DNA of 64,000 bases, from contig OZ249436.1 in the NCBI GenBank assembly GCA_965235115.1, positions 3,350,001 through 3,414,000 on the forward strand, written 5' to 3'. This stretch comes from Laetmonice hystrix (Eukaryota). Positions 50,701-64,000 of the stretch are shown here, one piece after another; the stretch's first letter is position 1; every line of letters starts with the position of its first letter. Under the pieces are notes generated by a model. That model saw only the letters and a program-made list of their open reading frames with translations. It was not told the origin of the DNA and made no database searches. A program made the position numbers and the translations under genes.

Positions 50701-53700
50701 TATGGCTATTAGGTTAAAGCAATGAGAAGCGGAAAATGGCTCCATTTCTGATACGTCAAATTGAAACTACGCCCCCCAAAGTTCTTAGGCCAGATGTATA
50801 ACTGTCAAACGTATAGGTCTCGTACGTTCGCTACAGATATATGGTTGTGATGTGTATACTTCCCATTTGAGGATCTTCTCCAGATTTTAACATTAGATGC
50901 TCCTCGCCAGTACCTTTGATTTCCACTACCTCACTGTAGTGTTTGCATGGCTACTAGGCCAGTCGGTAAGATGTAGGGACTTCTCACTCTACTGGTTGGC
51001 CTCCCACACTGCTTGGCCTCACAGTGTACTGTTTGGCCTGACTTTACTCTTTGGCCTCACTGTAGTGTTCGCTGGGGTGCTATGCCAGCCAGTACCTTGT
51101 AGCGATTTCTCACTGTACCGTTTGTCCTCCCTGTACCGTTTGCTTGTACACAACAGTAGCCAGTAATATAGGGACGCCTCATGTTTCATGTTTCCATGCC
51201 TTTATTGTCCAGGAGGCAGGCCATACGTTTCGTCTATTATCTACTCCCATCTAATCTATGTCCCCTAGGACCATCTGTAAGCGTGCGAACACGTTGTCAG
51301 GTCGTCCCAATGACTGTTTGCCGTAAAGGTTTAGTTAACAATGGCAAATGACGTTGTACGCCTTTTCTATATCAGATATCTCATCCCCAAGTAAGAAACA
51401 AACAAAGAAAGAGTACAGAGATTTGCAGGCAAGAAACACCAGGGTGCAGCGCAGCTCTACTGAAGCGGCGGCAGAGGCGGTGACTGCACTGCCATCTTCC
51501 GGCTACCGGTGGAATCACCACGTATACCTGGCCGGGCTGGCGGGCACCTGTGGCTCTTAGGTTAAAGCAATGAGAAGCGGAAAATGGCTACATTTCTGAT
51601 ACGTCAAATTGAAACTACGCCCCCCAAAGTTATGATTCTTAGGCCAGATGTATAACTGTCAAACGTATAGGTCTCGTACGTTCGCTACAGATATATGGTT
51701 GTGATGTGTATACTTACCATTTGAGTATCTTCTCCAGATTTTACCATTAGATGCTCCTCGCCAGTACCTTTGATTTCCACTACCTCACTATAGTGTTTGC
51801 ATGGCTACTAGGCCAGTCGGTAAGATGTAGGGACTTCTCACTCTACTGGTTGGCCTCCCACACTGCTTGGCCTCACAGTGTACTGTTTGGCCTGACTTTA
51901 CTCTTTGGCCTCACTGTAGTGTTCGCTGGGCTGCTAGGCCAGCCAGTACCTTGTAGCGATTTCTCACTGTACCGTTTGTCCTCCCTGTACCGTTTGCTTG
52001 TACACAACAGTAGCCAGTAATATAGGGACGCCTCATGTTTCATGTTTCCATGCCTTTATTGTCCAGGAGGCAGGCCATACGTTTCATCTATCATCTACTC
52101 CCATCTAATCTGTGTCCCCTAGAGACCATCTGTAAGCGTGCGACAACGTTGTCAGGTCGTCCCAATGACTGTTTGCCGTAGAAGTTTAGTTAACAATGGC
52201 AAATGACGTTGTACGCCTTTTCTATATCAGATATCCCATCCCCAAGTAAGAAACAAACAAAGAAAGAGTACAGAGATTTGCAGGCAAGAAACACCAGGGT
52301 GCAGCGCAGCTCTACTGAAGCGGCGGCAGAGGCGGTGACTGCACTGCCATCTTCCGGCTACCGGTGGAATCACCACGTATACCTGGCCGGGCTGGCGGGC
52401 ACCTATGGCTATTAGGTTAAAGCAATGAGAAGCGGAAAATGGCTCCATTTCTGATACGTCAAATTGAAACTACGCCCCCCAAAGTTCTTAGGCCAGATGT
52501 ATAACTGTCAAACGTATAGGTCTCGTACGTTCGCTCCAGATATATGGTTGTGATGTGTATACTTCCCATTTGAGTATCTTCTCCAGATTTTAACATTAGA
52601 TGCTCCTCGCCAGTACCTTTGATTTCCACTACCTCACTGTAGTGTTTGCATGGCTACTAGGCCAGTCGGTAAGATGTAGGGACTTCTCACTCTACTGGTT
52701 GGCCTCCCACACTGCTTGGCCTCACAGTGTACTGTTTGGCCTGACTTTACTCTTTGGCCTCACTGTAGTGTTCGCTGGGGTGCTATGCCAGCCAGTACCT
52801 TGTAGCGATTTCTCACTGTACCGTTTGTCCTCCCTGTACCGTTTGCTTGTACACAACAGTAGCCAGTAATATAGGGACGCCTCATGTTTCATGTTTCCAT
52901 GCCTTTATTGTCCAGGAGGCAGGCCATACGTTTCGTCTATTATCTACTCCCATCTAATCTATGTCCCCTAGGACCATCTGTAAGCGTGCGAACACGTTGT
53001 CAGGTCGTCCCAATGACTGTTTGCCGTAAAGGTTTAGTTAACAATGGCAAATGACGTTGTACGCCTTTTCTATATCAGATATCTCATCCCCAAGTAAGAA
53101 ACAAACAAAGAAAGAGTACAGAGATTTGCAGGCAAGAAACACCAGGGTGCAGCGCAGCTCTACTGAAGCGGCGGCAGAGGCGGTGACTGCACTGCCATCT
53201 TCCGGCTACCGGTGGAATCACCACGTATACCTGGCCGGGCTGGCGGGCACCTGTGGCTCTTAGGTTAAAGCAATGAGAAGCGGAAAATGGCTACATTTCT
53301 GATACGTCAAATTGAAACTACGCCCCCCAAAGTTATGATTCTTAGGCCAGATGTATAACTGTCAAACGTATAGGTCTCGTACGTTCGCTACAGATATATG
53401 GTTGTGATGTGTATACTTACCATTTGAGTATCTTCTCCAGATTTTACCATTAGATGCTCCTCGCCAGTACCTTTGATTTCCACTACCTCACTATAGTGTT
53501 TGCATGGCTACTAGGCCAGTCGGTAAGATGTAGGGACTTCTCACTCTACTGGTTGGCCTCCCACACTGCTTGGCCTCACAGTGTACTGTTTGGCCTGACT
53601 TTACTCTTTGGCCTCACTGTAGTGTTCGCTGGGCTGCTAGGCCAGCCAGTACCTTGTAGCGATTTCTCACTGTACCGTTTGTCCTCCCTGTACCGTTTGC

Positions 53701-56700
53701 TTGTACACAACAGTAGCCAGTAATATAGGGACGCCTCATGTTTCATGTTTCCATGCCTTTATTGTCCAGGAGGCAGGCCATACGTTTCATCTATCATCTA
53801 CTCCCATCTAATCTGTGTCCCCTAGAGACCATCTGTAAGCGTGCGACAACGTTGTCAGGTCGTCCCAATGACTGTTTGCCGTAGAAGTTTAGTTAACAAT
53901 GGCAAATGACGTTGTACGCCTTTTCTATATCAGATATCCCATCCCCAAGTAAGAAACAAACAAAGAAAGAGTACAGAGATTTGCAGGCAAGAAACACCAG
54001 GGTGCAGCGCAGCTCTACTGAAGCGGCGGCAGAGGCGGTGACTGCACTGCCATCTTCCGGCTACCGGTGGAATCACCACGTATACCTGGCCGGGCTGGCG
54101 GGCACCTATGGCTATTAGGTTAAAGCAATGAGAAGCGGAAAATGGCTCCATTTCTGATACGTCAAATTGAAACTACGCCCCCCAAAGTTATGATTCTTAG
54201 GCCAGATGTATAACTGTCAAACGTATAGGTCTCGTACGGTCGCTACAGATATATGGTTGTGATGTGTATACTTCCCATTTGAGTATCTTCTCCAGATTTT
54301 AACATTAGATGCTCCTCGCCAGTACCTTTGATTTCCACTACCTCACTGTAGTGTTTGCATGGCTACTAGGCCAGTCGGTAAGATGTAGGGACTTCTCACT
54401 CTACTGGTTGGCCTCCCACACTGCTTGGCCTCACAGTGTACTGTTTGGCCTGACTTTACTCTTTGGCCTCACTGTAGTGTTCGCTGGGGTGCTAGGCCAG
54501 CCAGTACCTTGTAGCAATTCCTCACTGTACCGTTGGCCTCCCTGTACCGTTTGCTTGTATACAACAGTAGCCAGTAATATAGGGACGCCTCATGTTTCAT
54601 GTTTCCATGCCTTTATTGTCCAGGAGGCAGGCCATACGTTTCGTCTATTATCTACTCCCATCTAATCTATGTCCCCTAGGACCATCTGTAAGCGTGCGAG
54701 CACGTTGTCAGGTCGTCCCAATGACCGTTTGCCGTAAAGGTTTAGTTAACAATGGCAAATGACGTTGTACGTCTTTTCTATATCAGATGTCCCATCCCCA
54801 AGTAAGAAACAAAGAAAGAAAGAGTACAGAGATTTGCAGGCAAGAAACACCAGGGTGCAGCGCAGCTCTACTGAAGCGGCGGCAGAGGCGGTGACTGCAC
54901 TGCCATCTTCCGGCTACCGGTGGAATCACCACGTATACCTGGCCGGGCTGGCGGGCACCTGTGGCTCTTAGGTTAAAGCAATGAGAAGCGGAAAATGGCT
55001 ACATTTCTGATACGTCAAATTGAAACTACGCCCCCCAAAGTTATGATTCTTAGGCCAGATGTATAACTGTCAAACGTATAGGTCTCGTACGTTCGCTACA
55101 GATATATGGTTGTGATGTGTATACTTACCATTTGAGTATCTTCTCCAGATTTTACCATTAGATGCTCCTCGCCAGTACCTTTGATTTCCACTACCTCACT
55201 ATAGTGTTTGCATGGCTACTAGGCCAGTCGGTAAGATGTAGGGACTTCTCACTCTACTGGTTGGCCTCCCACACTGCTTGGCCTCACAGTGTACTGTTTG
55301 GCCTGACTTTACTCTTTGGCCTCACTGTAGTGTTCGCTGGGCTGCTAGGCCAGCCAGTACCTTGTAGCGATTTCTCACTGTACCGTTTGTCCTCCCTGTA
55401 CCGTTTGCTTGTACACAACAGTAGCCAGTAATATAGGGACGCCTCATGTTTCATGTTTCCATGCCTTTATTGTCCAGGAGGCAGGCCATACGTTTCATCT
55501 ATCATCTACTCCCATCTAATCTGTGTCCCCTAGAGACCATCTGTAAGCGTGCGACAACGTTGTCAGGTCGTCCCAATGACTGTTTGCCGTAGAAGTTTAG
55601 TTAACAATGGCAAATGACGTTGTACGCCTTTTCTATATCAGATATCCCATCCCCAAGTAAGAAACAAACAAAGAAAGAGTACAGAGATTTGCAGGCAAGA
55701 AACACCAGGGTGCAGCGCAGCTCTACTGAAGCGGCGGCAGAGGCGGTGACTGCACTGCCATCTTCCGGCTACCGGTGGAATCACCACGTATACCTGGCCG
55801 GGCTGGCGGGCACCTATGGCTATTAGGTTAAAGCAATGAGAAGCGGAAAATGGCTCCATTTCTGATACGTCAAATTGAAACTACGCCCCCCAAAGTTCTT
55901 AGGCCAGATGTATAACTGTCAAACGTATAGGTCTCGTACGTTCGCTACAGATATATGGTTGTGATGTGTATACTTCCCATTTGAGGATCTTCTCCAGATT
56001 TTAACATTAGATGCTCCTCGCCAGTACCTTTGATTTCCACTACCTCACTGTAGTGTTTGCATGGCTACTAGGCCAGTCGGTAAGATGTAGGGACTTCTCA
56101 CTCTACTGGTTGGCCTCCCACACTGCTTGGCCTCACAGTGTACTGTTTGGCCTGACTTTACTCTTTGGCCTCACTGTAGTGTTCGCTGGGGTGCTATGCC
56201 AGCCAGTACCTTGTAGCGATTTCTCACTGTACCGTTTGTCCTCCCTGTACCGTTTGCTTGTACACAACAGTAGCCAGTAATATAGGGACGCCTCATGTTT
56301 CATGTTTCCATGCCTTTATTGTCCAGGAGGCAGGCCATACGTTTCGTCTATTATCTACTCCCATCTAATCTATGTCCCCTAGGACCATCTGTAAGCGTGC
56401 GAACACGTTGTCAGGTCGTCCCAATGACTGTTTGCCGTAAAGGTTTAGTTAACAATGGCAAATGACGTTGTACGCCTTTTCTATATCAGATATCTCATCC
56501 CCAAGTAAGAAACAAACAAAGAAAGAGTACAGAGATTTGCAGGCAAGAAACACCAGGGTGCAGCGCAGCTCTACTGAAGCGGCGGCAGAGGCGGTGACTG
56601 CACTGCCATCTTCCGGCTACCGGTGGAATCACCACGTATACCTGGCCGGGCTGGCGGGCACCTGTGGCTCTTAGGTTAAAGCAATGAGAAGCGGAAAATG

Positions 56701-59700
56701 GCTACATTTCTGATACGTCAAATTGAAACTACGCCCCCCAAAGTTATGATTCTTAGGCCAGATGTATAACTGTCAAACGTATAGGTCTCGTACGTTCGCT
56801 ACAGATATATGGTTGTGATGTGTATACTTACCATTTGAGTATCTTCTCCAGATTTTACCATTAGATGCTCCTCGCCAGTACCTTTGATTTCCACTACCTC
56901 ACTATAGTGTTTGCATGGCTACTAGGCCAGTCGGTAAGATGTAGGGACTTCTCACTCTACTGGTTGGCCTCCCACACTGCTTGGCCTCACAGTGTACTGT
57001 TTGGCCTGACTTTACTCTTTGGCCTCACTGTAGTGTTCGCTGGGCTGCTAGGCCAGCCAGTACCTTGTAGCGATTTCTCACTGTACCGTTTGTCCTCCCT
57101 GTACCGTTTGCTTGTACACAACAGTAGCCAGTAATATAGGGACGCCTCATGTTTCATGTTTCCATGCCTTTATTGTCCAGGAGGCAGGCCATACGTTTCA
57201 TCTATCATCTACTCCCATCTAATCTGTGTCCCCTAGAGACCATCTGTAAGCGTGCGACAACGTTGTCAGGTCGTCCCAATGACTGTTTGCCGTAGAAGTT
57301 TAGTTAACAATGGCAAATGACGTTGTACGCCTTTTCTATATCAGATATCCCATCCCCAAGTAAGAAACAAACAAAGAAAGAGTACAGAGATTTGCAGGCA
57401 AGAAACACCAGGGTGCAGCGCAGCTCTACTGAAGCGGCGGCAGAGGCGGTGACTGCACTGCCATCTTCCGGCTACCGGTGGAATCACCACGTATACCTGG
57501 CCGGGCTGGCGGGCACCTATGGCTATTAGGTTAAAGCAATGAGAAGCGGAAAATGGCTCCATTTCTGATACGTCAAATTGAAACTACGCCCCCCAAAGTT
57601 CTTAGGCCAGATGTATAACTGTCAAACGTATAGGTCTCGTACGTTCGCTCCAGATATATGGTTGTGATGTGTATACTTCCCATTTGAGGATCTTCTCCAG
57701 ATTTTAACATTAGATGCTCCTCGCCAGTACCTTTGATTTCCACTACCTCACTGTAGTGTTTGCATGGCTACTAGGCCAGTCGGTAAGATGTAGGGACTTC
57801 TCACTCTACTGGTTGGCCTCCCACACTGCTTGGCCTCACAGTGTACTGTTTGGCCTGACTTTACTCTTTGGCCTCACTGTAGTGTTCGCTGGGGTGCTAT
57901 GCCAGCCAGTACCTTGTAGCGATTTCTCACTGTACCGTTTGTCCTCCCTGTACCGTTTGCTTGTACACAACAGTAGCCAGTAATATAGGGACGCCTCATG
58001 TTTCATGTTTCCATGCCTTTATTGTCCAGGAGGCAGGCCATACGTTTCGTCTATTATCTACTCCCATCTAATCTATGTCCCCTAGGACCATCTGTAAGCG
58101 TGCGAACACGTTGTCAGGTCGTCCCAATGACTGTTTGCCGTAAAGGTTTAGTTAACAATGGCAAATGACGTTGTACGCCTTTTCTATATCAGATATCTCA
58201 TCCCCAAGTAAGAAACAAACAAAGAAAGAGTACAGAGATTTGCAGGCAAGAAACACCAGGGTGCAGCGCAGCTCTACTGAAGCGGCGGCAGAGGCGGTGA
58301 CTGCACTGCCATCTTCCGGCTACCGGTGGAATCACCACGTATACCTGGCCGGGCTGGCGGGCACCTGTGGCTCTTAGGTTAAAGCAATGAGAAGCGGAAA
58401 ATGGCTACATTTCTGATACGTCAAATTGAAACTACGCCCCCCAAAGTTATGATTCTTAGGCCAGATGTATAACTGTCAAACGTATAGGTCTCGTACGTTC
58501 GCTACAGATATATGGTTGTGATGTGTATACTTACCATTTGAGTATCTTCTCCAGATTTTACCATTAGATGCTCCTCGCCAGTACCTTTGATTTCCACTAC
58601 CTCACTATAGTGTTTGCATGGCTACTAGGCCAGTCGGTAAGATGTAGGGACTTCTCACTCTACTGGTTGGCCTCCCACACTGCTTGGCCTCACAGTGTAC
58701 TGTTTGGCCTGACTTTACTCTTTGGCCTCACTGTAGTGTTCGCTGGGCTGCTAGGCCAGCCAGTACCTTGTAGCGATTTCTCACTGTACCGTTTGTCCTC
58801 CCTGTACCGTTTGCTTGTACACAACAGTAGCCAGTAATATAGGGACGCCTCATGTTTCATGTTTCCATGCCTTTATTGTCCAGGAGGCAGGCCATACGTT
58901 TCATCTATCATCTACTCCCATCTAATCTGTGTCCCCTAGAGACCATCTGTAAGCGTGCGACAACGTTGTCAGGTCGTCCCAATGACTGTTTGCCGTAGAA
59001 GTTTAGTTAACAATGGCAAATGACGTTGTACGCCTTTTCTATATCAGATATCCCATCCCCAAGTAAGAAACAAACAAAGAAAGAGTACAGAGATTTGCAG
59101 GCAAGAAACACCAGGGTGCAGCGCAGCTCTACTGAAGCGGCGGCAGAGGCGGTGACTGCACTGCCATCTTCCGGCTACCGGTGGAATCACCACGTATACC
59201 TGGCCGGGCTGGCGGGCACCTATGGCTATTAGGTTAAAGCAATGAGAAGCGGAAAATGGCTCCATTTCTGATACGTCAAATTGAAACTACGCCCCCCAAA
59301 GTTATGATTCTTAGGCCAGATGTATAACTGTCAAACGTATAGGTCTCGTACGGTCGCTACAGATATATGGTTGTGATGTGTATACTTCCCATTTGAGTAT
59401 CTTCTCCAGATTTTAACATTAGATGCTCCTCGCCAGTACCTTTGATTTCCACTACCTCACTGTAGTGTTTGCATGGCTACTAGGCCAGTCGGTAAGATGT
59501 AGGGACTTCTCACTCTACTGGTTGGCCTCCCACACTGCTTGGCCTCACAGTGTACTGTTTGGCCTGACTTTACTCTTTGGCCTCACTGTAGTGTTCGCTG
59601 GGGTGCTAGGCCAGCCAGTACCTTGTAGCAATTCCTCACTGTACCGTTGGCCTCCCTGTACCGTTTGCTTGTATACAACAGTAGCCAGTAATATAGGGAC

Positions 59701-62700
59701 GCCTCATGTTTCATGTTTCCATGCCTTTATTGTCCAGGAGGCAGGCCATACGTTTCGTCTATTATCTACTCCCATCTAATCTATGTCCCCTAGGACCATC
59801 TGTAAGCGTGCGAGCACGTTGTCAGGTCGTCCCAATGACCGTTTGCCGTAAAGGTTTAGTTAACAATGGCAAATGACGTTGTACGTCTTTTCTATATCAG
59901 ATGTCCCATCCCCAAGTAAGAAACAAAGAAAGAAAGAGTACAGAGATTTGCAGGCAAGAAACACCAGGGTGCAGCGCAGCTCTACTGAAGCGGCGGCAGA
60001 GGCGGTGACTGCACTGCCATCTTCCGGCTACCGGTGGAATCACCACGTATACCTGGCCGGGCTGGCGGGCACCTGTGGCTCTTAGGTTAAAGCAATGAGA
60101 AGCGGAAAATGGCTACATTTCTGATACGTCAAATTGAAACTACGCCCCCCAAAGTTATGATTCTTAGGCCAGATGTATAACTGTCAAACGTATAGGTCTC
60201 GTACGTTCGCTACAGATATATGGTTGTGATGTGTATACTTACCATTTGAGTATCTTCTCCAGATTTTACCATTAGATGCTCCTCGCCAGTACCTTTGATT
60301 TCCACTACCTCACTATAGTGTTTGCATGGCTACTAGGCCAGTCGGTAAGATGTAGGGACTTCTCACTCTACTGGTTGGCCTCCCACACTGCTTGGCCTCA
60401 CAGTGTACTGTTTGGCCTGACTTTACTCTTTGGCCTCACTGTAGTGTTCGCTGGGCTGCTAGGCCAGCCAGTACCTTGTAGCGATTTCTCACTGTACCGT
60501 TTGTCCTCCCTGTACCGTTTGCTTGTACACAACAGTAGCCAGTAATATAGGGACGCCTCATGTTTCATGTTTCCATGCCTTTATTGTCCAGGAGGCAGGC
60601 CATACGTTTCATCTATCATCTACTCCCATCTAATCTGTGTCCCCTAGAGACCATCTGTAAGCGTGCGACAACGTTGTCAGGTCGTCCCAATGACTGTTTG
60701 CCGTAGAAGTTTAGTTAACAATGGCAAATGACGTTGTACGCCTTTTCTATATCAGATATCCCATCCCCAAGTAAGAAACAAACAAAGAAAGAGTACAGAG
60801 ATTTGCAGGCAAGAAACACCAGGGTGCAGCGCAGCTCTACTGAAGCGGCGGCAGAGGCGGTGACTGCACTGCCATCTTCCGGCTACCGGTGGAATCACCA
60901 CGTATACCTGGCCGGGCTGGCGGGCACCTATGGCTATTAGGTTAAAGCAATGAGAAGCGGAAAATGGCTCCATTTCTGATACGTCAAATTGAAACTACGC
61001 CCCCCAAAGTTCTTAGGCCAGATGTATAACTGTCAAACGTATAGGTCTCGTACGTTCGCTCCAGATATATGGTTGTGATGTGTATACTTCCCATTTGAGG
61101 ATCTTCTCCAGATTTTAACATTAGATGCTCCTCGCCAGTACCTTTGATTTCCACTACCTCACTGTAGTGTTTGCATGGCTACTAGGCCAGTCGGTAAGAT
61201 GTAGGGACTTCTCACTCTACTGGTTGGCCTCCCACACTGCTTGGCCTCACAGTGTACTGTTTGGCCTGACTTTACTCTTTGGCCTCACTGTAGTGTTCGC
61301 TGGGGTGCTATGCCAGCCAGTACCTTGTAGCGATTTCTCACTGTACCGTTTGTCCTCCCTGTACCGTTTGCTTGTACACAACAGTAGCCAGTAATATAGG
61401 GACGCCTCATGTTTCATGTTTCCATGCCTTTATTGTCCAGGAGGCAGGCCATACGTTTCGTCTATTATCTACTCCCATCTAATCTATGTCCCCTAGGACC
61501 ATCTGTAAGCGTGCGAACACGTTGTCAGGTCGTCCCAATGACTGTTTGCCGTAAAGGTTTAGTTAACAATGGCAAATGACGTTGTACGCCTTTTCTATAT
61601 CAGATATCTCATCCCCAAGTAAGAAACAAACAAAGAAAGAGTACAGAGATTTGCAGGCAAGAAACACCAGGGTGCAGCGCAGCTCTACTGAAGCGGCGGC
61701 AGAGGCGGTGACTGCACTGCCATCTTCCGGCTACCGGTGGAATCACCACGTATACCTGGCCGGGCTGGCGGGCACCTGTGGCTCTTAGGTTAAAGCAATG
61801 AGAAGCGGAAAATGGCTACATTTCTGATACGTCAAATTGAAACTACGCCCCCCAAAGTTATGATTCTTAGGCCAGATGTATAACTGTCAAACGTATAGGT
61901 CTCGTACGTTCGCTACAGATATATGGTTGTGATGTGTATACTTACCATTTGAGTATCTTCTCCAGATTTTACCATTAGATGCTCCTCGCCAGTACCTTTG
62001 ATTTCCACTACCTCACTATAGTGTTTGCATGGCTACTAGGCCAGTCGGTAAGATGTAGGGACTTCTCACTCTACTGGTTGGCCTCCCACACTGCTTGGCC
62101 TCACAGTGTACTGTTTGGCCTGACTTTACTCTTTGGCCTCACTGTAGTGTTCGCTGGGCTGCTAGGCCAGCCAGTACCTTGTAGCGATTTCTCACTGTAC
62201 CGTTTGTCCTCCCTGTACCGTTTGCTTGTACACAACAGTAGCCAGTAATATAGGGACGCCTCATGTTTCATGTTTCCATGCCTTTATTGTCCAGGAGGCA
62301 GGCCATACGTTTCATCTATCATCTACTCCCATCTAATCTGTGTCCCCTAGAGACCATCTGTAAGCGTGCGACAACGTTGTCAGGTCGTCCCAATGACTGT
62401 TTGCCGTAGAAGTTTAGTTAACAATGGCAAATGACGTTGTACGCCTTTTCTATATCAGATATCCCATCCCCAAGTAAGAAACAAACAAAGAAAGAGTACA
62501 GAGATTTGCAGGCAAGAAACACCAGGGTGCAGCGCAGCTCTACTGAAGCGGCGGCAGAGGCGGTGACTGCACTGCCATCTTCCGGCTACCGGTGGAATCA
62601 CCACGTATACCTGGCCGGGCTGGCGGGCACCTATGGCTATTAGGTTAAAGCAATGAGAAGCGGAAAATGGCTCCATTTCTGATACGTCAAATTGAAACTA

Positions 62701-62800
62701 CGCCCCCCAAAGTTCTTAGGCCAGATGTATAACTGTCAAACGTATAGGTCTCGTACGTTCGCTCCAGATATATGGTTGTGATGTGTATACTTCCCATTTG
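49050..62800. repeat. Higher-order 6-mer repeat, period 5114 bp, approx. 2.7 copies
   Basis: 'MTLYVF' units occur at 49645, 54759 and 59873, and GCGAGCACG at 49582, 54696 and 59810. The spacing series 855,848,855,848,855,853 repeats. Confidence 0.92.
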
Positions 62801-64000
62801 AGGATCTTCTACAGATTTTAACATTAGATGCTCCTCGCCTGTACCTTTCATTTCCACTACCTTACTGTAGTGCTTGCATGGCTACTAGGCCAGTCGGTAA
62901 GATGCAGGGACTTCTCACTCTACTCGTTGGCCTCCCACACTGCTTGGCCTCACAGTGTACTGTTTGGCCTGACTTTACTCTTTGGCCTCACTGTAGTGTT
63001 CGCTGGGGTGCTAGGCCAGCCAGTACCTTGTAGCAATTCCTCACTGTACCGTTGGCCTCCCTGTACCGTTTGCTTGTATACAACAGTAGCCAGTAATATA
63101 GGGACGCCTCATGTTTCATGTTTCCATGCCTTTATTGTCCAGGAGGCAGGCCATACGTTTCGTCTATTATCTACTCCCATCTAATCTATGTCCCCTAGGA
63201 CCATCTGTAAGCGTGCGAACACGTTGTCAGGTCGTCCCAATGACTGTTTGCCGTAAAGGTGTAGTTAACAATGGCAAATGACGTTGTACGCCTTTTCTAT
63301 ATCAGATATCCCATCCCCAAGTAAGAAACAAACAAAGAAAGAGTACAGAGATTTGCAGGCAAGAAACACCAGGGTGCAGCGCAGCTCTACTGAAGCGGCG
63401 GCAGAGGCGGTGACTGCACTGCCATCTTCCGGCTACCGGTGGAATCACCACGTATACCTGGCCGGGCTGGCGGGCACCTGTGGCTCTTAGGTTAAAGCAA
63501 TGAGAAGCGAAAAATGGCTACATTTCTGATACGTCAAATTGAAACTACGCCCCCCAAAGTTATGATTCTTAGGCCAGATGTATAACTGTCAAACGTATAG
63601 GTCTCGTACGTTCGCTACAGATATATGGTTGTGATGTGTATACTTCCCATTTGAGTATCTTCTCCAGATTTTAACATTAGATGCTCCTCGCCAGTACCTT
63701 TGATTTCCACTACCTCACTGTAGTGTTTGCATGGCTACTAGGCCAGTCGGTAAGATGTAGGGACTTCTCACTCTACTGGTTGGCCTCCCACACTGCTTGG
63801 CCTCACAGTGTACTGTTTGGCCTGACTTTACTCTTTGGCCTCACTGTAGTGTTCGCTGGGGTGCTATGCCAGCTAGTACCTTGTAGCGATTTCTCACTGT
63901 ACCGTTTGTCCTCCCTGTACCGTTTGCTTGTACACAACAGTAGCCAGTAATATAGGGACGCCTCATGTTTCATGTTTCCATGCCTTTATTGTCCAGGAGG

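Larger units (their letters stand above)
1..64000. repeat. Tandem array (satellite/macrosatellite) of a ~853-bp monomer, 75 head-to-tail copies, open at both window ends
   Basis: The same sequence recurs continuously. The landmark ATGACGTTGTACG occurs at 169, 1024, 1872 ... 62431, 63278 (75 times, mean period 852.8 bp, range 847-859). I saw no unique sequence, large insertion or inversion. Confidence 0.99.

Noticed and set aside
1..64000. CRISPR array or variable-cassette system
   Set aside because: There are no unique spacers or hypervariable segments. Variation is limited to shared SNPs and small indels.

Overview
The whole 64-kb window is one uninterrupted, head-to-tail tandem array of a ~853-bp monomer. 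There are 75 copies, counted from the recurring ORF starts at 169 to 63278, with spacings of 847-859 bp. All copies share one orientation and differ only by SNPs and small indels, and the array runs off both ends of the window. It looks like a long-monomer satellite or macrosatellite, probably eukaryotic (inference). I recognise no gene, RNA gene, transposase or CRISPR array, and the recurring 70/89/118-aa ORFs are probably incidental. The supported structure is nested. An old ~18-bp minisatellite and a 126-bp (7x18) duplication lie inside the monomer. Two monomer haplotypes (A/B) tend to alternate. Recent local higher-order duplications span 2, 3, 4, 6, 8 and 9 monomers and have chimeric junction units. 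Smaller signals include a TA-GGCC-TA footprint-like insertion, several variants that perfect quasi-palindromes, and a speculative splice-site/hairpin layout that could indicate a repeated non-coding transcript. I could not establish a new biological system from sequence alone.
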